Source: Bigelowiella natans CCMP2755
Lineage: Eukaryota; Protista; Cercozoa
NCBI GenBank assembly: GCA_000320545.1
Contig: ADNK01000440.1
Coordinates: 1-33,803, forward strand
Length of the DNA: 33,803 bases
Direction: 5' to 3'
The position numbers and the translations under genes were made by a program. The number at the start of each line of letters is the position of its first letter. The first letter of the stretch is position 1. The notes under the pieces are model-generated. The model ran no database searches and had not been told where the DNA came from. It saw nothing but the letters and a program-made list of their open reading frames with translations. Positions 1 through 11,190 of the stretch are shown here, piece by piece.

Positions 1-160
1 CACTCTTGTTGAGAGAGAGGGGGGAGGGAGAGAGGGGGGGGGGAGGGGGGGAGAGAAAGAACACGCTGCTGGTTGATGTTGGGATTTGTTGCTTGTCCTT
101 CGCGCCTATTACTACATCTACTGCTACAACTACAACACAACTACTCGTTCTTCCTACTGC

Positions 161-188
161 TACTTACTTACTTACTTACTTACTTACT
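161..188. repeat. (TACT)n tetranucleotide microsatellite, intronic
   Basis: tacttacttacttact... immediately upstream of the acceptor at 192. Confidence 0.9.
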
Positions 189-192
189 ACAG

Positions 193-1517
193 TCGATAAA
201 CTCAAGTGCAAGCTTCTCCGAAAAGGAGGTAGGTGGTTCTTGATGATGCATACATAGTAGTGAGAAGTAGTAGGTAGTGGTAGTGGTCATTGTTGCTGTT
301 GTTGTTGTTGTTGTTGTTGTGAGCATGTATTGATGATAGAAAGTCGTCCTCGTAATATCAGTAGCTTCCCTGCAAGTGTTTGTTCTCTGTGAAGAACACG
401 GTGGACAATAGTAACTACAAAATGCCTTCTCTTTCCTCTCTCTCCCTTTCTTATCCTCGTAATCATCGTCGTAATGTCGTTACGTTGTCCCGTCCCTGGC
501 CATTACCCCCCCTTCCCCACTCCTCCTCATCACTTTTTCCGTATATATTGTCGGTCAGGTGGAGGGGCTGACGAAGTTCTTCGATGCTAAGAACACCGGT
601 GTAATCAACTCAGACAAGTTCTTTAAAGGCTTCAGTGTGCACGATGAGCTGTTTCAGAAGACCCTCAACAACCAATTCAACAAGCCAAGGATCCCAAGGA
701 GGAAGGGCTCTGTAGTCCTCAAGAACGGTATATCATGTAGTGCCAGCAGCAGCAGGAGCAGTAGTTGTGGTAGTGGTGGTGGTGGTGGTGGTGGTGAGAA
801 CTAACTTCAGTATGATAGCAGGAAAGAATCTATTTGCGTGTTGCGTGAGACAGAAGAGTAAAACGTCCATCTCCCCTACCCCCCTCCCCTCCCCTTCTTC
901 CTTCCTTCCTTCCTTCCTTCCTCCCTTCTCCGTCTTTCAGTGCCTCGAATTCGCGCGTTTTCTTCTGGAATCGGCAAAGGCGACTCCAAAACGACTGAAA
1001 GTAGTGTAGTAGTAGTAGTAGTAGCCCTTGCGTGGTATCACGACGACGTTGTACACTCTCTCGGATGCGCTAAGATTTGTTGTTGCTGCTGCTGCTGATT
1101 TGTATCATCGAGTAGTCTCTAGAGCACCGTCATTATACTATCACCATCATCATCCTCATCAACATCAACATCGTCTTCACTATCATTCCTCATCTGTCTA
1201 TTCTCCCTTTACCACTGCTACTGCTGCTGCCGCCACCATCGTTAGCAATAAAAGAGAGCGGTGGCAAGAATAATAGAGGCAGCACGAAGAGCCGCTCACG
1301 GTCATTATCCGTTCTGAAGCCACCACAGCACAGAACTTCCACGCTCATGCAGAGCGATTTCTCCGACTACCCGAACAACTCATCATCATCATTATCAGCA
1401 CTGCCGTCTTCTACTGCTGCTGCTGCTGCTGCCTCTCAGAAGCAGCAGCAGCAGCAGAAGAAGAAGCCGAACAAACGCTCGGCATCAGGCAGAACAGCTA
1501 GTTGCAGGACACAATAA
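193..1517 (+). CDS. 3' part of an EF-hand-containing protein with polybasic + CaaX-like C-terminus (5' end outside window)
   Basis: Exons 193-228, 559-727, 941-1000, 1246-1517 have AG/GT boundaries and splice in one frame (537 nt, TAA at 1515-1517). Product includes SFSEKEVEGLTKFFDAKNTGVINSDKFFKGF (EF-hand-like helix-loop-helix, loop D-x-K-x-T-G-x-I) and ends KKKPNKRSASGRTASCRTQ*. Confidence 0.6.
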
Positions 1518-1519
1518 AT

Positions 1520-1522
<3 letters not shown>

Positions 1523-1558
<36 letters not shown>

Positions 1559-1586
1559 GTGTGCGTGTGTGTGTGTGTGTGTGTGT
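1523..1586. repeat. Compound (AT)n(GT)n microsatellite just after the stop codon of the EF-hand gene
   Basis: Directly visible dinucleotide runs. Confidence 0.95.
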
Positions 1587-2909
1587 ATCTGTGCATATAA
1601 TTCGTATGATAAGGGGTTCCTGTAGCTGTTTTGCCTTTTTGATGAGTGATGCGCGCGGTTTTTGCCTCTCCGATCGTAAACGCCATCGTGTTCTCTCCCC
1701 CTCTTCCTCCCCCCAAATCACTCTCCTCTATTTCACCGGAGAATGTTGGAGATTAATTTTTTTGTATGAAATGCGGTGCTGCCCCGCACCGCATTTAAGT
1801 AAGTGATTCCAACGAAACAAACATCTTCTTTCTTACAGTATTATCTCTCACCCCCCCCCCCCTCTATTATTCTATTGTATACTTGTGTGCGCGAGGGTAT
1901 GTATCTGGTGGTTGATGTAGAATTTTTATTGTTATGTGCTGCTTGCTTGCTTACTTCATCAGGGGTTTCTTCGGGTTCTTCCGGCGCAAAACGCGTAGCA
2001 AATCTAGGGGATAATACAACTTTGTTAGGGCATGTTTTCGAAAACTATAAAAGGAGATGGATGAAAGATGATGATAGAGAAAGAAAAATGACGGGGCACG
2101 CGTAAATTAGCGATGATGACTTTTGTAATACCATTCCGCATAACACGTGCAATCATGCCCTCAATTCTCATCGCGATTGGAGCGACGATACATGTACATA
2201 GATATTTACCCGATGGCAAGCGATTTAATTAGAATATTTAGTTGAGTAGCTAGGTGGTCTGCATGCTAGCTTGGCGGCAGCACCTCTATGTACTGTTACA
2301 ACAGCGCAGAGCCTTCATGCAGACCAAAATCCACATTGTTAAATTGCACGATGCACACTCACCGCAGCAGACTTGCTTGCTTGGTCTATAGTAGTGGTGC
2401 TGCGTAGCTCACAAAGGCACCTCGTCAGCAGGTACACTAGTAACGTATCGTACGCCCAGCTCTACATGTACCGTTATGCTCATCTGCGCGCGGTAGCAGA
2501 CACGACAACATGCATAATGATTTGCACACCTGCAATTTGTGCAGATAAAAAATACATACAATCGATATTGCTATGCATGTAAATGCGCGCTGTACATGCT
2601 ATGCGTCTCATTTTGCGTGGCCATGCTATCATGCATTGTCTAGTTAGCTGGCTAGCTAGCTAGTCTAGCAGGTATCATTAAGATGCGTGCGCCCATGCAT
2701 GTGCCGCAATCCGCAATATGATTCGAGACGACACCACGTCGACATAACAAGGCGTGAGCGAGGCGGCGGCTCAATAGGCACAAATCATGAAATCATGCGA
2801 TGTCAACATCTAACTCTCGCTGTTGCCTAATAATGCTTCAAGAAATATTTAATGTTTTCATCGATGCCATGAAGATGCACTGAGTAAATCGCTAGATATC
2901 ACATCGCTC

Positions 2910-5853
2910 TCACGCGAAAATGGTCTTGAACGCTGCCAAAAGGTTTTGAGAAACGGATTGGTGCTTGGATCTGAAGATTACCTGACAGTTGCCGTTTTTG
3001 ACCGCTAGGCTACCCATCACAGGAAGCTTGATGACCCTGCCATCCTTCGAAGCGTTGAATATACCAACCAGAGGGATAGCGGAAGCAGCAATATCGACCT
3101 TATGCATGTGGAAAATCTCGGGAACTTTCAACGTAAGTTCCTTCCCATCTATTCCAGAGATCACTTCTCGTGCCTCACCTCCCTCAAACTTGCCCCAATT
3201 CTCTTTGAATTTGCCGGCGTCCATCTGGTATGGGCTAATGAACTGATGCATCAGGATGGGGAGCTTGACGGAAAAGTCGTGCTCCTCCCCGTCGATGGTG
3301 CAACTCACTGTCATCTCTGGGATCTCACTGAACGGTTTCATGCAGATGGCTCGGAGATACTGTGCTTTCTGCTCCTTTGGATTGACTGTGAACGCTTGGT
3401 TTGGAGACTGCTGAATGTCCAGCGCGTCCGGACCCTTAAAGCTGACCGTGAGGTTCTCTAGAGCGTAGTCGCTTTTGTTCCCGTAGAACAGCTTCATCTT
3501 CATCTCCTGCGAGATGCCGGAGATCATCTTGACCCCGATCTGCAAGCTCTCCGACTTATACAGAACACCCGAGTTGGAGGCCGCTAGGATCGCATCGAAG
3601 GTTTCGTCGTCTTGGTCTGGGAGATCTATCTCCTCGTCGTCGTCCTCCTCCTCGCTGTTTTCATCCTCGTCTTCGTCCTCATTCTCGTCATCGTCCTCTG
3701 TTGCACCGGCCTCTGAGACCGCCTTTTTCGATCGAACCTTGACCTTTGCGTCGAGGCTCTCTGCATTCTCGTACGCGGGCATCAATTCAAACACGTCTTC
3801 CAGAAGCTTGCGCTCCCTGCCGATGATGGTCTTGTACTCGCACGCCCTCTGTTGTAGCTCTTCGTCTGCGTGGACAGAAAACCTCGAGAAGACCGGGCAA
3901 GACTTGAGACTGGAGGTCTGGGAAGGAGTTGCAGAGCTTGATGTACGATGAAAGGAGGAGCGCCTTGGTTCTAGAAGTCGCTGTCTCGAAGTGCTGATGG
4001 ATGGACTCGAAGAGCTGCTCCCCGCTCTTGGTCTCCGCGACTAGGTCACTGAATTCGCCTAAGATGTAGCTCCCGACCTTGATTCCGTTCTCGTGAAGCC
4101 CTTTGTTCTTGAGAGCTCTGGACATCGTCAGGGCTGCGTACTTCTGGAGCTGCTCGTTGTTGGTCACGATTTGGATTGCACGGTACCAGATGTCGTCGCT
4201 AACGTAGTCTCCCGCCACGGTGATTAGGTTCAGGATCACGTCGAGGTACCACCGCAGGTCAGTCGCGAAGCGTTCCGCCAAGATTGCGATCTTGAGAACG
4301 AGCTCCTCGCGGATCTTGTAATCAGCAACCTTGAGGAAACTCAACAGCTCCTGGGTGATCTTGCGCGAGTTCTCCTTGCTGCAAATGACGAAAAGCAGAT
4401 CGAGTGCTCGCTTGCGGATGGAGGCATCCTGGTCCTTCCGAAGAGAGAAGAGGATGGTCGTCATCTGCTGAGAGATCTTCTGCCCCATGCCCTCTATCTT
4501 TGCAAGCCGTGTCATCGCATCCAGGCCTAGATACCTCACGTTCGCTTCCTTAAGAGAGATGAACCTCCCAAGCAGTTTCGCCATTGCATCGAGGTGGTCA
4601 CGGTAGTTGGACTTCTTCTCCTCTGCTTCTCCACCACTGGTCTGCTCGTAGTAGATGATGAGGTTCATGCATTCGAACAGGATTCCGTGATCTGCATTGG
4701 TCTTGTTCTTCTTCTGCGACGAGGAGCCGCTTTTCACACGCTTGGTCTCGTGCTTGAGAATGCGTAGGAGAGACTCGTCCAAGCGCTTCTTCGAATCTCC
4801 TTGCGGAGCAGGGAAATATCTGAGTTATTGATCGACGTTACACTGTGAGCGAAGCGAGAAACCGTTCATCCGAACGATTGATGTTACAAAGTGAGCGAAA
4901 AACATTCAAATTTTCTTTTGGGGGCAGAGGGGGGGGGGGATATCTACTAACATACTGGAGAAGTCTTAGGCATTTGATCTGCAGCCATGGGCTGATAGTA
5001 TTAAAGTAGTAGTAGCCAGAGAAATCGGTGCCAGAATTGGAGTTCTTCGTGACAAGCTGTGAGGTGCAATATTGCATGAGATTGAGAATCAACATCACCG
5101 CACGAGCTTAAGTGGTGGTTTCGAAAAGGCGAAAAGTGGGGGGGGACTGACTTTGTACAGCACACGGATAGTGTTAGGAATGGCCTCGTTGTAAAGGGGA
5201 TTCGGTCCCATCGAAACAAGCCCAATCATCAGCGTGACAGCACAAAGAGCCACTCCAAAATCTTGGTCCGCGATCATAGAGATGACACGGGGCGCGATGA
5301 CTTCCACTTCGATATTCTCTGGAGCTTTGCGAACCATCTTGAGCATGCACAAACTTGCTTTCTTGCGGATAGAGCTTCTGGAAGACCTTCAAATGTAAGA
5401 TGGCATCATTTTAGGCAAGGCAATTTTACATCGCAGAAAAGCAAGAGTAAAGGTCTTGTGGTACTACCCGCGTGTCAAGATATCCGCAACATCCTTCCAG
5501 AGGGTGTCTGCCATCGTCTTCGAACCAATGTTCGAGACTAGAGTCATCGCCAACGCTTGGATATGCTGGAATAGAAACAAGTTAAGTAATTATGCTGTGT
5601 GGCTTCCAGTTGCACTTTCGAGAAGGTAGATTAAGCGTCGTATCTCACCTCTGGCGTATCACGGGAAAGATCGTTCTTCACGGGTTGGGTCAGCATCGTA
5701 AGGAGATCATGCTTCTCATTGAACAAGACTTGACAAGCGCAGTAGCCCTGATGTTTGAAATAGAGATTCTCAATGCCGCTGTGCGATGAAAGTGTATGTT
5801 ATAACATTGTATGATAACATATATTTTGTGTATGTGTATGTGGTGTGTGCGTG

Positions 5854-5891
<38 letters not shown>

Positions 5892-6601
5892 GTACTTGTG
5901 CGTAAATAACTGAAATTAGTATTATTTAGAATAATGCACTGCATACCGTTTTCTTTTCCGAGTAAGTTTTTGATGCGCACAACTGCATCGCTTCCATATG
6001 TCCGATATCTATCTCATACCCGAGCATGTAGATGTAGATAATCTTCCAGGTGTATTTTCGCCTGCTGTAACTGTAAAGGAAACATATCAGTAATCTATTT
6101 GTAAGATGAAAAAATAATTCAGCATTACGCTCCAAGACGAGTCCCCTTTTGGAATTTCGACCGAATGTTCGACATCTCTTTAAGCACACGGTCTTTCTCC
6201 TCCGACTTATTCTTACCTGAGTTCGTTCAAGGTGTTCACATGAAACACACCAAAAAGTCAAGGCGATTACTAGTTCAGAAAAAAAAAATAGAGACAGCAT
6301 AGTAACACATTCAAAAGATGAAAATGTTTCAATATCTGCGATAAATTCAATAACGTTTGATTTTTGTGAAACTCTAATTGCAACCATTTAGAAGTGGATG
6401 AGCTCGTTTTTGTTCTTAAGAACAGTGTGATAGACTTAAGGAGAGAAATGTTCTCTTTCTTATTGTCCAAAATTAGAAAAACCAGAGAGGATATTCACCC
6501 TGCAGTCCTTCTTACTTTTATTTTATTTTTTATGATAACAAATTGGACTGACATGCTCTGATTTGAGTGATGAAGTTGGTGAGGCCCCTCATCTGCGACA
6601 T
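2910..6601 (-). CDS. AP2A: AP-2 complex subunit alpha (alpha-adaptin), copy A; intron-poor, apparent 1-nt insertion at ~3895-3897
   Basis: Exons 6601-6553 (MSQMRGLTNFITQIRAC), 6216-6129, 6070-5947 (RRKYTWKIIYIYMLGYEIDIGHMEA), 5747-5649, 5565-5468, 5386-5152, 5056-4956 (PWLQIKCLRLLQ), 4819-2910. Diagnostic AP2-alpha segments REELVLKIAILAERFATDLRWY, GDYVSDDIWYRAIQIVTN, ELQQRACEY; ear motifs GVLYKSESLQIGVK and FKENWGKF. Exon sum 2704 nt; removing one base gives 900 aa + stop. Confidence 0.93.
5859..5888. repeat. (GT)n microsatellite in intron 3 of AP2A copy A
   Basis: Directly visible run. Confidence 0.9.
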
Positions 6602-7869
6602 GGTTCACGAAATTGCTTTTGTTGCTTCCCTGCAACGCTAGGATATGAACAATTCGATTTCCCTTGCAGTGGATTCAGCTGTGTGAAGGCCTCCTTTCTA
6701 TCTTCCACCGCAGATAGATGCACAAGCAGGGTAAGCGGGGTGTGAATCCAGCCAAGCTGACGGACAGTGGCGAACAGCAATCCGGAATAAGTAGAAAATC
6801 ATTTTGCGACAATATATATTTATTGTCTCAGTATAAAAAAGAAAAGCATATATACCAGCTTGTTGCATCAGGTGTTGGGGGAGAGAAGACTCGCATCCAA
6901 AATCTAAAAAAAGATAGATATGTCAACAGGGAGCACATCTGTTCAGAGGGGTATCGATGGCATAGTTGAAATTGATGGAGCTCTAAATGAAAAAGTCCCC
7001 TGATTTCCTGGATTCTGGTGCTAACTGGAATGCAAATATCTATCCATCTTTTAAATCTCATTTTGAACGAAAATACCTTGGATTTGGGATGAAATCATTA
7101 CACACCGGGGGATTTTGGTAATTACAGCAACATGAAACGAGTCGATCTGAACATGAATCTGCACTCTGGGCAGATCCACATTGGAGATCTATCCAGCAAA
7201 AACACATCAGATTCAAGTCCATGGAGGTAAAACATGACTACCAGCCAAACCACATTCACAAAACTTCCTTTTTGCAGTCCGATTACCGGTATACATCTGT
7301 GCCTCGTTTCTTGGACGAATCGTTGTCGCAACACTCCAAAACACGGGCTCGGTTCGGCATATTCTGTCCATATTTTGTCCAACATCCAGTCAAGAAGTAC
7401 TGACGCTGAGACAAGCGGATAAAAAACGTTAGTAACGTTATAAATTCAGATTTTATCAGAATCAAGTATAATTTTATCCCCTTTTACTCATTGAACTTCA
7501 TAATTGGAATAAAATCTACGAGCAAAACACATTTAAAACCTGACAAGAGTATATCAGCCTTAGGAAGATCCTCAAATTGAAAGTTAAATTAGAAATATTG
7601 TGGAATATTGCATTAATTAGAAAAAGTAGCTGACGGATTCGTCTCAAATCTCCAGCAATTCAACCTTTCACTTTGCGTTGATAGTCTAGATAATTCTTCT
7701 CGGCAACTATCTCGGCAAACTTCCCGCTTCACTTTCAAACCCAGAAGCGACGACAACAGGAAGCCTCCCCATCCCTGCCCGCCTGAACCATTTCCTATTA
7801 CCGATTCCCCCCGGCTGAGCACTATAGTGTCGGAACGCTCATCTGCTACGGGTCTCGAATCTAGGGAGA

Positions 7870-9403
7870 ATGTCTCGAAAAATTCGCATAAGCGACAGGA
7901 AACATGGTCTCGAAACTATGGTTCCTGATGACGAGATGCTTCACCATAAACGATACAAACTCTTCCCAAGTCGACGATTCCACCAAATCCTTCTCGTTCT
8001 CATATTCTTCGCCTCTATAATACTTATGGTAAGTCTCGCAAAAACGATATCATTCATATGTAGTGTCTACATACGTGTGTTGACATATTTGTATTTGAAA
8101 TTTATTAGCTCCTTGAGGTGCTTTATCTTCAACACATCCGAAGAAAAGGTCTCCTGGTGTCCATATTCTCAGTAGAACTTATCCTCGATGGTAAAAATTT
8201 TTGTGCCGCTACCTGGATGGTACGATGCTGATTTATGCTTTCTTTATCCAGTAATGATTCTCATTGATGTCGTAAGAAGAGCTCGCAAATTTACATCGTG
8301 CTCACAGTAAGTTGTAATTAAATGTTATATTCTGAAAAGACGCACGCATAATGATTCTGTCTCTTTTCCAATCTCAGATATATGAATAACACTTGGAATT
8401 GGTTGGATCTGCTGACACTTTGGTAAAGCAACACAATCGAAAAAAAATATTAGCAAGCCAGTCAGATAACTCAAAAAACTTCTATGAACAATAAATTAAT
8501 CATTTTGTCATGCTATTTTTCATCAGGATTATCGTCATACATTGGATCGTCGCTATTCACAACCCCTTCGTGCAGATATATTCTGATGCGTGGGTCGTGC
8601 TGAGATACAGCTTGAACTCAGCTAGGATAATCTATTGGTAGACGCTTCACACTCACTTTAATAAGTTCTAGACTCCTTCCCCATCATTTGTTGATCTCAA
8701 GTGCATTTGCATTGTATACGAATAACCATGCAAAAACATTATGGCAGGATGATCCGGAATGTGAAGCACTATAAAAAGGAGAATTACAAGGTAATCCCGA
8801 ACGAAGCCGTGGGAGATATGGAATGGCTACCCGTGAGTGATTTATCCGAAGAGCAAGCCACCAATATGTTATTTGATGAAAATGATCCTTGGATCCCTGG
8901 AAAGCCCATGCAACCAGAGATACTCATACAACAATTCCAAGCACCAAATGCGGTCAATGCCAACGAGGCAGAGAAGAGAGAAAACGCCATCATAGAGGCT
9001 GAGAAGAAGGCTGCAGAAGTTGAAGAAACTAGGCGCCTTGCTGAAGAGAAGCAAATAAATGACATCCTGGGTCCAGAAACAGATGAAGAGGGTAGTATTA
9101 GACCAAGATATCTAAATCAACTACCCTCCCCTCTTCCTAACGTTTGTATCATAATTCTTTAATTTTGTTGATTTTTCAGATAACAAGATGGGAGTGGAAG
9201 AGGAGGTGGACCATCCCACAACAGCGGGTTCTTTTGAGGAGGCTGCAGCTGCCTTTGAGGCCGCCACAAATGAAGTGGAATATGATATAGAAGAAGACTT
9301 AGAGGATAAATTGAAATTGTACGACGATAGTTATGATGACCATGGAAGGGAAGTATTAAATGATGAGACAAGTAGAAAGACTGAATTGCTTTTTACATAT
9401 TAG
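7870..9403 (+). CDS. Voltage-sensor-domain-like 4-TM membrane protein (no pore domain) with acidic C-terminal tail, ~339 aa
   Basis: Exons 7870-8028, 8109-8190, 8252-8306, 8378-8422, 8527-8637, 8748-9091, 9180-9403 are phase-consistent (1020 nt). S1 FHQILLVLIFFASIILMLLEVLY; S2 VELILDVMILIDVVRR (E-x9-D-x3-R spacing); S2-S3 YMNNTWNWLDLLTLW (WN-x-x-D motif); S4-like AWVVLRYSLNSARIIYW. Confidence 0.72.
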
Positions 9404-9576
9404 AAAAAGATCCTAGTTCGTTCACGATTAATGAAACTTACTTGTCTTCGTATCGCCATTACAGATGGCACGTATTGAAAGTTAAATTTTAGCTGTAATA
9501 TTACAAAAACAGCATCGCAAACATCTTGTATATTCCATGCATAATGTGTACATTTATACATTCTCTCTCGTTCTTG

Positions 9577-9580
<4 letters not shown>

Positions 9581-9617
<37 letters not shown>
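9581..9617. repeat. (CT)n microsatellite at the left edge of the TpA-poor spacer
   Basis: Directly visible run. Confidence 0.95.
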
Positions 9618-9619
<2 letters not shown>

Positions 9620-11190
9620 TGTGCAAAATGCACACAACATGATGGTGCGCTATGGTGTGCACCAGCGCAACAATGCATGACATTGTGGCGGCGGCTGCGC
9701 ATAGAGCGAGGTGCTCAGGCTGGCGGGTGTGTGAGCGTGCGTGCAGCACGGCGAGTGCTAGAGCGATGCACAAGTCGTCACACCGTGGTGCATGCTAGCA
9801 TGTTGGAACGCTATGCATCGATCCAGACCGCGAAGTGTGTGGTTGTAGCAGCAGCAGCGCTAGAGCGCCAGAGCGATTTGAGACAGCATGTCCTCATCTT
9901 GACTTGCTAGCTTCTTGCTAGCTTGTCTCAAACGTGGTTGTGTCATCGTCCAGACGTTGTGGTCATTGTGGACGTGGTGTGCTAGTGTGGTGCGATGGGC
10001 ATTCGAGCCCAATCGCATCATTTATGACGTCGATGCTCCAGTACAAGCTGCAATGCTGGAATGGCACTGCTAGACTGGCTAGTAGCTGGGCATGCTGACA
10101 GGCTTGTCGCACCATCCAGCCATGTCAGAACTAGAGAAGATCAAGTGTGCGCCATGAGTGGCTCCATCTAACGAACACGCGCGCATGGCACGATGCAAAC
10201 TGTGATCGACCCACTTAGCCAGGCCAGCAGGTCCAGACAGAGGTGACGTGATGCGGTTGAACGGCTAGCGGAGGAACTCGACTTGCACGAGCTAACAAGG
10301 GTGTCCTTTGAACAGGCAAATAATTACCGCCAATGATGCAGCTGAACGGATCATCAGAAGCACTCAGTTTCTTCCTCTGCAATCTAGCAATCGGGAAGAA
10401 CTTCCCTCACCGGAACGTGAAGTGACATCAGCCAAATCACCAGAGAATCTGCCTTGAATGAATGAAGTCTTTTCAATGGCACATTCGAAAGTATCATCAG
10501 AACTGCTTCAATTCTACCGCCTTCCCAATCAACAAGACTATTGTCAAGAGCATCAAGGCAAAAGAGAATGTGAGAGCCTCGAGGTTGAGAGGCAATGGGG
10601 GCAACACGAAAATGGATCCCTAGTTCCGAAAAACTTCCCATCGTTTGTAGTTTGCGACATGGAAGGAAAGAAGACGCAAGTGCAAAACCCCCGCGGGGCC
10701 ATAGCACAGCACACGACAGTCCGACATCGGCTAGAAGCACCTGCATCCTGGTGCTCCTGCCCTTCCGCATCTTTCCCCTCTAAATTGCACCGGCCAGGCA
10801 AGACGAGAAGGGTGGGGTTTCATTCAACGTGTAACTGTGTATTAATTTCGATGAAATCGGTCCTTCTGCCTGCTGTGATTTGATGGACCCCGATGGTTGG
10901 AAGTGATGTGTGTGTTCGTGTGTTCACAAAACCGAACCTGCGAACAAAGCATGCAAAGCTCATGAGCAATGCGCACGAATACAATATTTCCTATTATCCA
11001 TCGCTAACCAATGGTGTTGCTTTTGCCCTGCACTCGTAAAAGTCTTTAGAATAAGACACATAGCACGCGATATTGATTCTAAGCCAAACAGCCACTCTGC
11101 TCTGGAGATAAATTCCGCCGCCCCCATATGATTGCGAGCAATTGCTCCATCACACACCTTAATTCTTTTATGTTCAGTAGGCCTGTGGCG

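Noticed and set aside
3884-3911. 28-nt GT...AG mini-intron that would repair the AP2A-A frameshift
   Set aside because: It has a weak GAG acceptor, is much shorter than other introns here, and would delete about 9 residues that align with copy B.
2989-3951. Plus-strand ORFs of 85-145 aa
   Set aside because: Antisense shadows of the AP2A copy A terminal exon.
6211-6220. Acceptor immediately followed by a perfect donor (CAG|GTAAGA), like a recursive splice site
   Set aside because: The GT comes from the conserved Cys codon split by intron 1 and is also present in copy B. The intron is short and nothing else supports recursive splicing.
6320-6387. NVIEFIADIETF resembling the AP2A N-terminus (FIxDIR)
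   Set aside because: The true exon 1 (MSQMRGLTNFITQIRAC) is at 6601-6553 with the same 49-nt length and phase as copy B. This look-alike is intronic.
10384-10883. Several overlapping 60-140 aa ORFs
   Set aside because: They lie in the TpA-poor spacer with no domain signal or convincing splice structure.
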